Positions 1-7,757 of a DNA stretch of 56,108 nt are shown here, piece after piece. This stretch comes from a virus (Duplodnaviria; Caudoviricetes), in the IMG/VR virus record IMGVR_UViG_3300031565_000040, positions 1 through 56,108 of that record; one strand, 5' to 3'. Each line of letters begins with the position of its first letter. Positions within the stretch are counted from its first letter, which is position 1. The notes under the pieces were generated by a model, which saw nothing but the letters and a program-made list of their open reading frames with translations, was not told the DNA's origin and searched no databases. Both the position numbers and the translations under genes were made by a program.

Positions 1-1
1 T

Positions 2-763
2 TATGTCAAAATGGTGCGCCCGATTTTCAAATGGGCGATACGCCAGGGCTGGATTGCAAGCGATCCGTTCGAGGGAGTTCGGAAGTTCCGCGTACCTCAG
101 GAACGGATTCACGTTTACAAGCCATGTCAAATCGAAGCCATGCTTGCGGTGTCCAACGATATTTGGCAGGCAAGAATTTTGGCTGCGGTAACGGCAGGCG
201 CGAGACGTTCGGAAGTCTTGAATCTGACCCTCGATGATATTAACTTCGACGATTGCGAAATAGCAATCCAGCCGAAACGCGACACCGCAGAGACTTGGGA
301 ATACTGGCCGAAGAATAAAAAGTATCGGATAGTACCATTAGTCCCGATGTTTTATAATCTGATAGTCAGTAAGATAATTCCCTCTCTAAAAGGACAGCAG
401 TATCTAACTCTCTCGGAGAAACGTCACTGGACATTGCAGCGGCAAAGACCGTTAAATTACAGAAGAAGAATCAATCCAGATGAGAATTTCAACAAACCGT
501 TTAAGCGAATCATTGAAAGAGCAAACACATTACTTCCTTCTTTAGACAGAATAAGTCTTAACAGGACATTTCACGACCTGAGACGGACCTGTATTACCCA
601 CTGGACCCAGAATCCGAAACTGTCACCGCAGGAAGTACAATTGCTCGCCGGACACGCCGATATTAAGACGACAATGGAGTACTATGCAGCCGTCCGCGAC
701 GACGTGTGCCGACGAGCACAAACATCAATCGGGGCGGCCGGGAATGATCCGGCGACCTCTTGA
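2..763 (+). CDS. int: Tyrosine integrase, 5'-truncated by the window edge
   Basis: ARRSE, FHDLRR, LAGHAD, TMEYY catalytic motifs; near-identical to the 3' part of 53152-54111. Confidence 0.93.
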   Translation, partial: YVKMVRPIFKWAIRQGWIASDPFEGVRKFRVPQERIHVYKPCQIEAMLAVSNDIWQARILAAVTAGARRSEVLNLTLDDINFDDCEIAIQPKRDTAETWEYWPKNKKYRIVPLVPMFYNLIVSKIIPSLKGQQYLTLSEKRHWTLQRQRPLNYRRRINPDENFNKPFKRIIERANTLLPSLDRISLNRTFHDLRRTCITHWTQNPKLSPQEVQLLAGHADIKTTMEYYAAVRDDVCRRAQTSIGAAGNDPATS

Positions 764-777
764 CCCCCAGTCAAACG
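729..777 (-). other. attP core: 3' half of tRNA-Pro(GGG) overlapping the integrase C-terminus
   Basis: Reverse complement CG-TTTGA-CTGGGGG-TCAAG-AGGTC-GCCGG-ATCATTC-CCGGC-CGCCCCG-A gives anticodon arm, variable loop, T arm and acceptor 3' strand; no 5' half or D arm. Confidence 0.85.
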
Positions 778-834
778 GTAGGGTCAAAAAGTAAAGTATA
801 ACGGTTCGACCAAGCTGTGACAAGCTTTTTTGAA

Positions 835-1110
835 TGTGTCCGGCGGCGTGGTAGCGCCGGTGGCTTAGAGATATGAGATAATGCTTGAGGTTATCAGAAA
901 CTACTAATACTGATGCCAAAAAAGGCAGAGACGTAGCAGGCTGGGGAATCCTGCCCGGACACAGCAAATAACCCGCTTCGAGCTTTCCTTAAAATCTCCT
1001 CGGCTCAGGCGGATTATCTCAGGGATGGGCCGAAGAACACGGATGTCATCGGCGGAGTACAATTTCTGACTATATAAAGACCCTCTTTGACTTTCACTTC
1101 GGCCCCCCTT
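835..1110 (+). ncRNA. Putative structured non-coding RNA or leader downstream of int
   Basis: TGTGTCCGG (835-843) pairs with CCGGACACA (955-963); GGGCCGAAG (1027-1035) pairs with CTTCGGCCC (1097-1105); several nested hairpins; no credible ORF. Confidence 0.45.
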
Positions 1111-1193
1111 TTTAAGCTTATCACAACCTCCTCCGCGAAAGGGGTCAGGGATGACTCTGGCCCCAATCGTTATTAAAGAAAGGAACATTAGAA

Positions 1194-1535
1194 ATGGAAA
1201 AAAGCGTATTGGAAAAACGAATTATAGAAAAAGCCAAAAATCGTTTTGACCAGGATGTTGAGAGTGCACGTGAAGTCTTAGCAAAACATCCTATACTTAA
1301 TGCTCTTTGGATTCATATCAAAGATAATGTCAAATTGAAACTTTGCGCAGTACACGGCTATTGTCCAGCAACGGACTTATTCACATACTCCCATGATAGA
1401 AAACTACTTTGCGAGAATACAAACTTCTATGAAATCAAGAGCAAATTGATGGAAAAGTACATCGAAGAGGAAACCGACAAAATCCTTAATCAACTTTCTA
1501 TTCTTCAGGATTATATAATCAATGAAAGTGAATAG
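1194..1535 (+). CDS. Hypothetical protein (cassette gene, absent from copy 2)
   Basis: AAGGA RBS; bracketed by cassette motifs at 1141-1183 and 1535-1563. Confidence 0.75.
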   Translation: MEKSVLEKRIIEKAKNRFDQDVESAREVLAKHPILNALWIHIKDNVKLKLCAVHGYCPATDLFTYSHDRKLLCENTNFYEIKSKLMEKYIEEETDKILNQLSILQDYIINESE

Positions 1536-1624
1536 AGAGAATCCGCCGAAAGGCGGCTCACGAAGAAGCCGGATAATGACCGTTTGAAAAGTTAATATTG
1601 GGCAGTGGCGAAGGTGGGAAGTTA

Positions 1625-1849
1625 ATGAGCAAGAAAACAAGATATATAGACATAAATGATGGTGATGGAATATGTGCAAAATCAGACCAGAGTTTCTATT
1701 TAACATGCTGTGATTGTGCTTTGACTCACCATATTAAGGTCATCATTGTCAAGAATGAAGTAATGATGATGATAACAAGAGATAAACGCAGAACAGCACA
1801 GAAAAGGCGAAGAATTAAAGAAGTGACAGCAGCCGATTTTAAGGAATAA
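1625..1849 (+). CDS. Small hypothetical protein with CCDC..H motif
   Basis: ORF with ATG at 1625 after a GGGA-type RBS. Confidence 0.6.
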   Translation: MSKKTRYIDINDGDGICAKSDQSFYLTCCDCALTHHIKVIIVKNEVMMMITRDKRRTAQKRRRIKEVTAADFKE

Positions 1850-2035
1850 GAAAATGAAAACATGCAAAGTATGTGTGCATTACAGTAAATATGAGGGGGA
1901 TATGTTAAACAAATCAAATCGTGGCGAAAAAATGATAATGTACTGCCGAAAACATGAAGTGCATTACGATAATACAATAAGTTGCTCCGGTTTTGAAGAA
2001 GAACCAATAAAAATAGAAATAACACCAGAGTGAAT

Positions 2036-2145
2036 AAACCGGCTTCGGGGCGTTGCCAAAGTCAAGGCAAGGGAGGTCAGACTTAAATTAACACTTTTTT
2101 GAGCATTAAAATAGGAAACTGCAATCAGGATGCCCGAAGCCTTTT
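2036..2145 (+). ncRNA. Conserved structured RNA element, also at 55535-55645
   Basis: Closing stem GGCTTCGGG/CCCGAAGCC, retained as a G-U pair in copy 2 (CCCGGAGCC); inner TTGCC/GGCAA hairpin. Confidence 0.5.
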
Positions 2146-2282
2146 TGGAGATAGATTATGAACTATTACGAGGACAAATTCAGGAGTCGATTTGAGATGG
2201 TCGAGTGTTGGTGCTGGCTCTTCAAGTGGACGGCAATAGCCATGTTTTTTATATGGCTCGGAACGAAGATTGGAGGTTAATC

Positions 2283-2675
2283 ATGCCGGAAGAAAAGAAA
2301 TCAATTTATGAATTGAAGTTGCACGAAGAACTGTCACTTAATAAATGGCTGTGTGTATTTAGAGTTCCAGGTGGATGGATATACCAAACCTCTGACCCTC
2401 GATATGAATGGGACAATATGGCCGTTTTCGTCCCTTTCAGCAACCAATTTTATCGAGAAGAAATGAAGAGGGTACTAACTGAATACTTATCACTTGAAGC
2501 ATTAAGCGCGAGGCTGAACTTGCCACAGAATTATCTGAGGGTATTGACCGATAGCAGCGCAATTCCATCCTTAGATGTCAATGGACGTCTCAGATTCAGT
2601 GAGCCGGATGTCAGAGATGCTCTTTCAGTTCTTGCGCTCAAACCGAAGCACAATCACGATGAAAGGAAGTTATGA
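2283..2675 (+). CDS. Protein with C-terminal excisionase-like (HTH_17/MerR-type) DNA-binding domain
   Basis: GGAGG RBS before ATG 2283; YLSLEALSARLNLPQNYLR...IPSLDVNGRLRF resembles Xis-type winged helix. Confidence 0.65.
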   Translation: MPEEKKSIYELKLHEELSLNKWLCVFRVPGGWIYQTSDPRYEWDNMAVFVPFSNQFYREEMKRVLTEYLSLEALSARLNLPQNYLRVLTDSSAIPSLDVNGRLRFSEPDVRDALSVLALKPKHNHDERKL

Positions 2676-2762
2676 AATGCTAAACCTAAAATCACCCACG
2701 AAATTAGACCAAATAGCCGAGGCGGAGAAAGAAGGTTAATCATCGACAGATGGGGGCCATCA

Positions 2763-3029
2763 ATGGATTGTGTAATATGCGGCCAAGCAAGGAGTGCCAT
2801 ACAGATGCGTCATTGTAACGACTGCGAAAAAGATATGTGCAACCAATGTATAGATGACCATGACTGTCACAATATAGACGATTTCATCGAGAGACTGAAC
2901 GAACCTTTAGCAGTATGTTTGGCCAATTTTGGCTATTATTTCGCCGGCGAATCCGAGAAAGACGGCCAAAGGATATTTGAGTTTCGTTCTTCTGAAGCTC
3001 CAAGAATGGAAGTGAGAATTGATATTTAG
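2763..3029 (+). CDS. Zn-finger hypothetical protein
   Basis: Three CxxC pairs plus HxC. Confidence 0.65.
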   Translation: MDCVICGQARSAIQMRHCNDCEKDMCNQCIDDHDCHNIDDFIERLNEPLAVCLANFGYYFAGESEKDGQRIFEFRSSEAPRMEVRIDI

Positions 3030-3185
3030 AGGACAAGCAATGACAGATAATAGATGCAATTACAAAGTATGGACTGGTAGTTATATAAATCCACAGCGCA
3101 GATGTTCACGCAAAAACGGACATGGCAATAAAGGTTTATATTGTAAGCAACATGCAAAGATAATGAAAAAGCGAAAGGATAAGCA

Positions 3186-4025
3186 ATGACAGATAACGCC
3201 AATTTAATACAAGGTTCTCCCGAATGGCATGAAGCCAGGATGGGGAAGATAACTGGAACGGGATTTCATAAAGTCTTATCAAAGAAAGGCAATACCCGCA
3301 AACACTATATGAGAGAGCTAATCCTTGAAAGAAAGACTGGCATATCAACAGAGTCTTTCACTAACGCCGAAATGGAGTGGGGAACACAAAATGAACCTAT
3401 GGCACGGGAATATTATGAGAAGGTCAATTATGGCCGTGTCAAGATTAAGCAAGTGGGATTTATCAATTACCAACCTGAGTCTCAAGCTGAACGAGTAGAG
3501 TTTGCCGAGTATGTAGGTGTTTCTCCAGACGGTTTGGTTGAAACCTTAGAGGCAGATGATGGAGTTATCGAAATCAAATGCCCGAATACCAGTACGCATC
3601 TTGGATATATGGCTTCACGTATTTTGCCTTCAAAGTACAAATCTCAAGTGCAGGGAATACTCTGGGTAACTAAAAGAAAATGGTGTGACTTTATCAGCTT
3701 TGACCCCCGTGTTGAGAAACAGCCTTTTTGTTGTATTAACGTCAAACGAGATGAGGAATATATCAACAATCTCAAGCAAGAAGTATCCAAATTCATAGAT
3801 GAGATGGTAAAAATGCAGAATGAAATAAAAGACGTTGACCCTCAACTTTTGATAGATGTTACGGGTGGGTGTTCTGAGGAGGAATGGTTAGAATCAAGAC
3901 AAATGGAGATTCGGGGCAAAGTCCGTCATGGTGTGGTCTGTGCAATAATTTCAACAGGAAATTTTGAGGATTTGAATAAAGATTTTATCAACAAGTGGGT
4001 CGATTTCATAGTGACGGGAGAATGA
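3186..4025 (+). CDS. YqaJ / lambda-exonuclease family protein
   Basis: QGSPEWHEARMGKITGT, WGTQNEP, SPDGL, EIKCP, Y..QVQ, WCDFISFDPR. Confidence 0.92.
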   Translation: MTDNANLIQGSPEWHEARMGKITGTGFHKVLSKKGNTRKHYMRELILERKTGISTESFTNAEMEWGTQNEPMAREYYEKVNYGRVKIKQVGFINYQPESQAERVEFAEYVGVSPDGLVETLEADDGVIEIKCPNTSTHLGYMASRILPSKYKSQVQGILWVTKRKWCDFISFDPRVEKQPFCCINVKRDEEYINNLKQEVSKFIDEMVKMQNEIKDVDPQLLIDVTGGCSEEEWLESRQMEIRGKVRHGVVCAIISTGNFEDLNKDFINKWVDFIVTGE

Positions 4026-4294
4026 CAATGGAAATAGTCAGAAATCAAACATTATATAAATGTTCTTATTGCAACCGTCGCAAACTAACAAAACGTGGCT
4101 GTATCCAACATGAAAACAATTATTGTTCATCACCGAATTCTCCACACAAAATTAGGATGGAAAAAGAACGAATCGAAAAACAAAGCAAATGCAAACATGC
4201 TCGGAAAGAAACCATTTATTCATACATCCCCGGCGAGTGCGTGAAACAGCCAGACCATGATTTGTGTATAGATTGCAATAAGATTTTAGGATGA
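4022..4294 (+). CDS. Cys/His-rich hypothetical protein
   Basis: Starts within the junction repeat; YKCSYC..HE..C and CIDC. Confidence 0.75.
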   Translation: MTMEIVRNQTLYKCSYCNRRKLTKRGCIQHENNYCSSPNSPHKIRMEKERIEKQSKCKHARKETIYSYIPGECVKQPDHDLCIDCNKILG

Positions 4295-4301
4295 CGGGAG
4301 A

Positions 4302-4682
4302 ATGACAATGAGCAAACATACTTGTGGTCAATGCGAATATTATATGAACAAAGAGTGTCCATTTTCAGATAGAACGGCATTATCTGAGGGATGTGGAAAA
4401 TTCAAATATACAAATCCAGAAGGTCGTATAGATTTCCTCCAAGCTGAGAACGAACACCTGAGTAATACGGTGGAATCTACACGCCAAGATTACGCAGACT
4501 TATTAGATGGAACTATGGAAGCCAAACTCCAAGCCGAGAACGCTTCCTTAAAAGAAATCGCTGACCTCGCTCTCAATATTCATACAAGAGACGGATTGTA
4601 TGTAAAAGAGAAGTGGGGTGTTATGGGCATAGATGCAGAGAAGCTTTTAGTCAGTAAGATTGAAGCACTGACGGGAGAATGA
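4302..4682 (+). CDS. Hypothetical protein (Cys motif plus coiled coil)
   Basis: Bounded by junction repeats; two LQAEN motifs. Confidence 0.75.
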   Translation: MTMSKHTCGQCEYYMNKECPFSDRTALSEGCGKFKYTNPEGRIDFLQAENEHLSNTVESTRQDYADLLDGTMEAKLQAENASLKEIADLALNIHTRDGLYVKEKWGVMGIDAEKLLVSKIEALTGE

Positions 4683-4683
4683 C

Positions 4684-4896
4684 ATGAATAAAATATTACC
4701 AAAACACATGAACCAAACACTTAGGCAGTTCAAAAAACAAAAACGAAAAGAGTTTAGAGCTATCAGACAAGCCAGTCGTAAATTGAACTTTGCCTCTGCA
4801 TATCTTCCAAGGGAAGCCTTTCGTAAATTCTCAAAAGCAGAAAAGCTCATTGAAGATGCTTATGAAATCTGCAAACCGTGGTGGAAGAAAGCCTGA
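4684..4896 (+). CDS. Basic hypothetical protein
   Basis: Bounded by junction repeats. Confidence 0.7.
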   Translation: MNKILPKHMNQTLRQFKKQKRKEFRAIRQASRKLNFASAYLPREAFRKFSKAEKLIEDAYEICKPWWKKA

Positions 4897-4903
4897 CGGG
4901 AGA

Positions 4904-5074
4904 ATGACAATTATTACAAAAAGAAAACTATCGGCACAAATTGTTCATTATCGGTTGATGATAAAGAAAGGTTATCATCCTAAATTTTTCCAAAAATTAG
5001 TAAATAAGGCTTTAGAGAAGCAAAGAAAATTGTTTGAAGAAGAACGGAAATTTCGGAACGTGACGGGAGAATGA
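4904..5074 (+). CDS. Basic hypothetical protein
   Basis: ATG inside the junction repeat; ends VTGE in the next repeat. Confidence 0.65.
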   Translation: MTIITKRKLSAQIVHYRLMIKKGYHPKFFQKLVNKALEKQRKLFEEERKFRNVTGE

Positions 5075-5532
5075 CAATGGACGAATTTGAAAAATGGTTC
5101 GATAGAGTATTCGGAGATCCAAACCACAAGGAAATTATCAAAAGAAAAATTGAAAGATTGACAACCGAGAACGCCAAGCTGATGGAACGGGCAAATAATG
5201 CGGAAGCTGTTCTTGTTAAATTTGAACAGTTGGCCGGTGAAGAAGTTGCGGGATTTAATGTCCTCCAAGCCGAGAACGCAAAAATTCTGACTCGATTGAG
5301 CAATGCTTTTGATGAAATCGCCAAGCTGAGAGATACATTGGAACGCATTGATATTTGGGTAAAAGCATATCCACTTGACGTTTTCCCGAAACCAGACCTA
5401 AACAGAGCCGCTGAGGTTTTGAGAGCTTCGGGAATAACACTTGATGCCATTTCAGCAGATGCTATGCGTCAAGTTTTGGACGGTATTAAGAATATAGTTG
5501 AGCAAGCCCTGAAAGAAGACTCCGATGGATAA
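5071..5532 (+). CDS. Coiled-coil hypothetical protein (AYPLDVFP motif)
   Basis: ORF coupled to the junction repeat. Confidence 0.75.
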   Translation: MTMDEFEKWFDRVFGDPNHKEIIKRKIERLTTENAKLMERANNAEAVLVKFEQLAGEEVAGFNVLQAENAKILTRLSNAFDEIAKLRDTLERIDIWVKAYPLDVFPKPDLNRAAEVLRASGITLDAISADAMRQVLDGIKNIVEQALKEDSDG

Positions 5533-5713
5533 CGGCTGCCCAAAATGCGAGCAGTTACCGGAATTTGCTATATGTCTCGATTGCCAACTGGCTCAAGCAG
5601 AATGGGAAGCTATAAAATGGCAGCAAGAAATTCAAAGAATAAAAATACTTAGAGTACAAGTAGAAAAACTCAAAAAGGAGCAAGAACATGCTGACGATTA
5701 TAATTCCAATTGA
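5525..5713 (+). CDS. Small Zn-binding hypothetical protein
   Basis: CPKC..CLDC; overlaps neighbouring genes. Confidence 0.6.
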   Translation: MDNGCPKCEQLPEFAICLDCQLAQAEWEAIKWQQEIQRIKILRVQVEKLKKEQEHADDYNSN

Positions 5714-5987
5714 TTCTAATGGTTATTTTCATGTAACAAACAATGGGCGTGACGAATTATTCTCATGTTACAATCACGAACCGAAAAATGTTGATTTAGC
5801 TATAGATATAATCAATATCTATAACATGAAAGGAGGGGAAAAAGTAATCACACCACAGGAAGCGTTGATTATCAAACTTGATTTGCAAATCAGATGTGAC
5901 ACATCACAACTCGAAATCAAAAAATTTAATCTAAAGAGACTCAGAGAAGAAAAGGAGCAAATGAATGTTTCACACAGCGTACAATAA
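5688..5987 (+). CDS. Hypothetical protein
   Basis: AAGGAG RBS. Confidence 0.65.
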   Translation: MLTIIIPIDSNGYFHVTNNGRDELFSCYNHEPKNVDLAIDIINIYNMKGGEKVITPQEALIIKLDLQIRCDTSQLEIKKFNLKRLREEKEQMNVSHSVQ

Positions 5988-6489
5988 TCTCGGTAAATTC
6001 GAGCCGGGTACTAATTACAATCTTAAAGTCGAAATGCCCGCTATAGTTAGAGCGGTTAAACCGATAGAGTATTCCAAGCAATCCGGCAAGCCGGGACAAT
6101 CTATTTTTCTTGAGGACAATACCGGCGTTAAACAATGGGTAAAGCTGACAGGCACTTTTGAACCCCTCGATGACAGCTATATCGGCAAGACCTTCACTTT
6201 CAAGATATGGCCTTTCAAGCCCGACCAGTCACCCAAGACTTTTCTCTATTGTTGGATACAACGTCAAGTCCCTCAGAACGCCCAACAGAGTAACACTCAG
6301 ACGCCTCAGACGCCGCCGCAGCATCCTAACCAGTCACAGGGCATAGATATTACGGCTCAGTTCATAGCCTTAGCAGAACGGCTTATACAGGCTGTGGAGT
6401 ACGTAGTGCACGGCCACATAGAAACTGGTGGGAATCCCAATTATGTAGGAGACCATCCCGAAAAACCAACAGACGAAATACCATTTTGA
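5965..6489 (+). CDS. Putative single-stranded DNA-binding protein
   Basis: Beta-rich N-terminal domain, Q/P-rich linker, acidic DEIPF C-terminal tip typical of SSBs. Confidence 0.6.
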   Translation: MFHTAYNNLGKFEPGTNYNLKVEMPAIVRAVKPIEYSKQSGKPGQSIFLEDNTGVKQWVKLTGTFEPLDDSYIGKTFTFKIWPFKPDQSPKTFLYCWIQRQVPQNAQQSNTQTPQTPPQHPNQSQGIDITAQFIALAERLIQAVEYVVHGHIETGGNPNYVGDHPEKPTDEIPF

Positions 6490-6497
6490 GGTAAATC

Positions 6498-6866
6498 ATG
6501 GAAGTAATGAAAGTAGCAGACCAGATAAATGACAGAATCAAGCGACTTGAGGAACTTTGTGGTGAAATTGACGATATTGGTGAAGAGAAAGCCAATGCTA
6601 TCGCCAATTACGATGTTTCCTTAGCCGTTGCGATGGCTAAACTGGCAAGAGGTAAAATCAACCAAGTCGAGGGAGAAGCGTTACCTGACAATATACCTGC
6701 AACTGTCGCCAAAGACTACGCTAAAGGTTTATGCAGAGAAGAAAGATTCAAGTTGGAGAATGCCACGAACAAATATAAGGGACTTCTCACGAAAATCGAA
6801 GCCTTAGAAGCAAGTCTTAATGGCAAGCAGAGCATATTCAGGCACTTGAGTCACGAGGTTAAGTGA
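6498..6866 (+). CDS. Helical hypothetical protein
   Basis: GAGG RBS; coiled-coil pattern. Confidence 0.75.
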   Translation: MEVMKVADQINDRIKRLEELCGEIDDIGEEKANAIANYDVSLAVAMAKLARGKINQVEGEALPDNIPATVAKDYAKGLCREERFKLENATNKYKGLLTKIEALEASLNGKQSIFRHLSHEVK

Positions 6867-7119
6867 CCCGAACTGGAAGGACAAGTAATGAGTATTGTAC
6901 GAGTTTTTAAGATAAAAAAGGATGCAACTGATGAGCAATGTAAAGCCATTTCGGACAAGTTGGATTATCACGGCAAATTGCTATGTGACAATGAAAGGCG
7001 AAAAGAAATAGTTGCTTGTTTCGATGATGAGCTTGATTTGTTGGCATTTATGGTAGCGATAGGCGGAGCTAAAATAATCATAAAATAAGCATTTGAGTCA
7101 CGAGGTTAAGTGACCCGAA
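6846..7119 (+). repeat. 27-bp direct repeat TTGAGTCACGAGGTTAAGTGACCCGAA flanking gene 6888-7088
   Basis: Copies at 6846-6872 and 7093-7119; internal GTCAC/GTGAC hairpin. Confidence 0.9.
6888..7088 (+). CDS. Hypothetical protein (cassette gene)
   Basis: AAGGA RBS; lies between the 27-bp repeats. Confidence 0.7.
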   Translation: MSIVRVFKIKKDATDEQCKAISDKLDYHGKLLCDNERRKEIVACFDDELDLLAFMVAIGGAKIIIK

Positions 7120-7131
7120 AGGACAAGGACA

Positions 7132-7263
7132 ATGAACGACCCTAATATAATCAAAGCTATAGAACAAATAGCCTCTAATGTAAATGTTTTGTCTATAGTT
7201 ATTCCATTAGTTATTTCATTGATTGGATTAGCCATAGTTATCGCTATTTTATCAAAACGCTAA
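7132..7263 (+). CDS. 43-aa single-TM membrane protein
   Basis: MNDPNIIKAIEQIASNVNVLSIVIPLVISLIGLAIVIAILSKR; AAGGAC RBS; below the ORF-track cutoff. Confidence 0.6.
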   Translation: MNDPNIIKAIEQIASNVNVLSIVIPLVISLIGLAIVIAILSKR

Positions 7264-7280
7264 CTGGAAGGATAAGGACA

Positions 7281-7757
7281 ATGAATGAAATTATCGAAAA
7301 ACTAAAAGACAAGAATTATGTTCGTCCGTTCGGGCTTATGACGCCGGAGGAGCAGGAATGTTTCAGGAAGGTCGGAATAAAAAGCTGCGAAACATATAAT
7401 CAGGCTTATTGGCAACAAGCAGTAGGAGGATGCATGTTCGAATATGATCAAGATTGTACCTACGCCATCAAGCCCGACTACCAGCCTGAGCCGGAGTATG
7501 TGGATTGGGAGATTGTAAAAGGCAATGATAACTTTTTAGGAATCCATAGGCGAATTTTTAATGATCCTCCTATACCCTTCTCGTTCACCCACCTACATTG
7601 TGTGCCGTCCCTGTCGGGATTTAATTGCTTTTGGCATGATGAAGGGCCGGGTATTGCTGGAAAAGGATACATGCACAAAAATTCGTTTTGGTCCATCGGA
7701 TTGGTATCACCAAAAAAAGCCGAAGGCAAGAAAGTTTACGCAAGGTTTAGAAAATGA
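7281..7757 (+). CDS. Hypothetical protein
   Basis: AAGGAC RBS; ATGA coupling to the next gene. Confidence 0.75.
   Translation: MNEIIEKLKDKNYVRPFGLMTPEEQECFRKVGIKSCETYNQAYWQQAVGGCMFEYDQDCTYAIKPDYQPEPEYVDWEIVKGNDNFLGIHRRIFNDPPIPFSFTHLHCVPSLSGFNCFWHDEGPGIAGKGYMHKNSFWSIGLVSPKKAEGKKVYARFRK

Larger units (their letters stand above)
1..1123 (+). repeat. Long direct repeat, copy 1 (integrase 3' part, attP, structured leader)
   Basis: Matches 53349-54471 except for a few substitutions in the first ~100 bp (IFK vs IYK, PQE vs PLE). Confidence 0.95.
4012..5075 (+). repeat. Five exact copies of the gene-junction 15-mer TGACGGGAGAATGAC
   Basis: Copies start at 4012, 4292, 4669, 4894 and 5061; each supplies a stop, a GGAG RBS and a start. 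Confidence 0.95.

Noticed and set aside
729-800. Complete tRNA-Pro gene
   Set aside because: Only the anticodon arm to the acceptor 3' strand is present; upstream sequence gives no D arm or 5' acceptor strand, so it is treated as an att core
1141-1563. Classical integron with attC sites
   Set aside because: Motifs lack paired RYYYAAC/GTTRRRY ends and long imperfect palindromes; neither recombinase shows an obvious IntI-specific insertion
4012-5075. CRISPR array
   Set aside because: Repeats are 15 bp and separated by whole genes of about 150-360 bp, not by uniform 25-45 bp spacers; no cas genes
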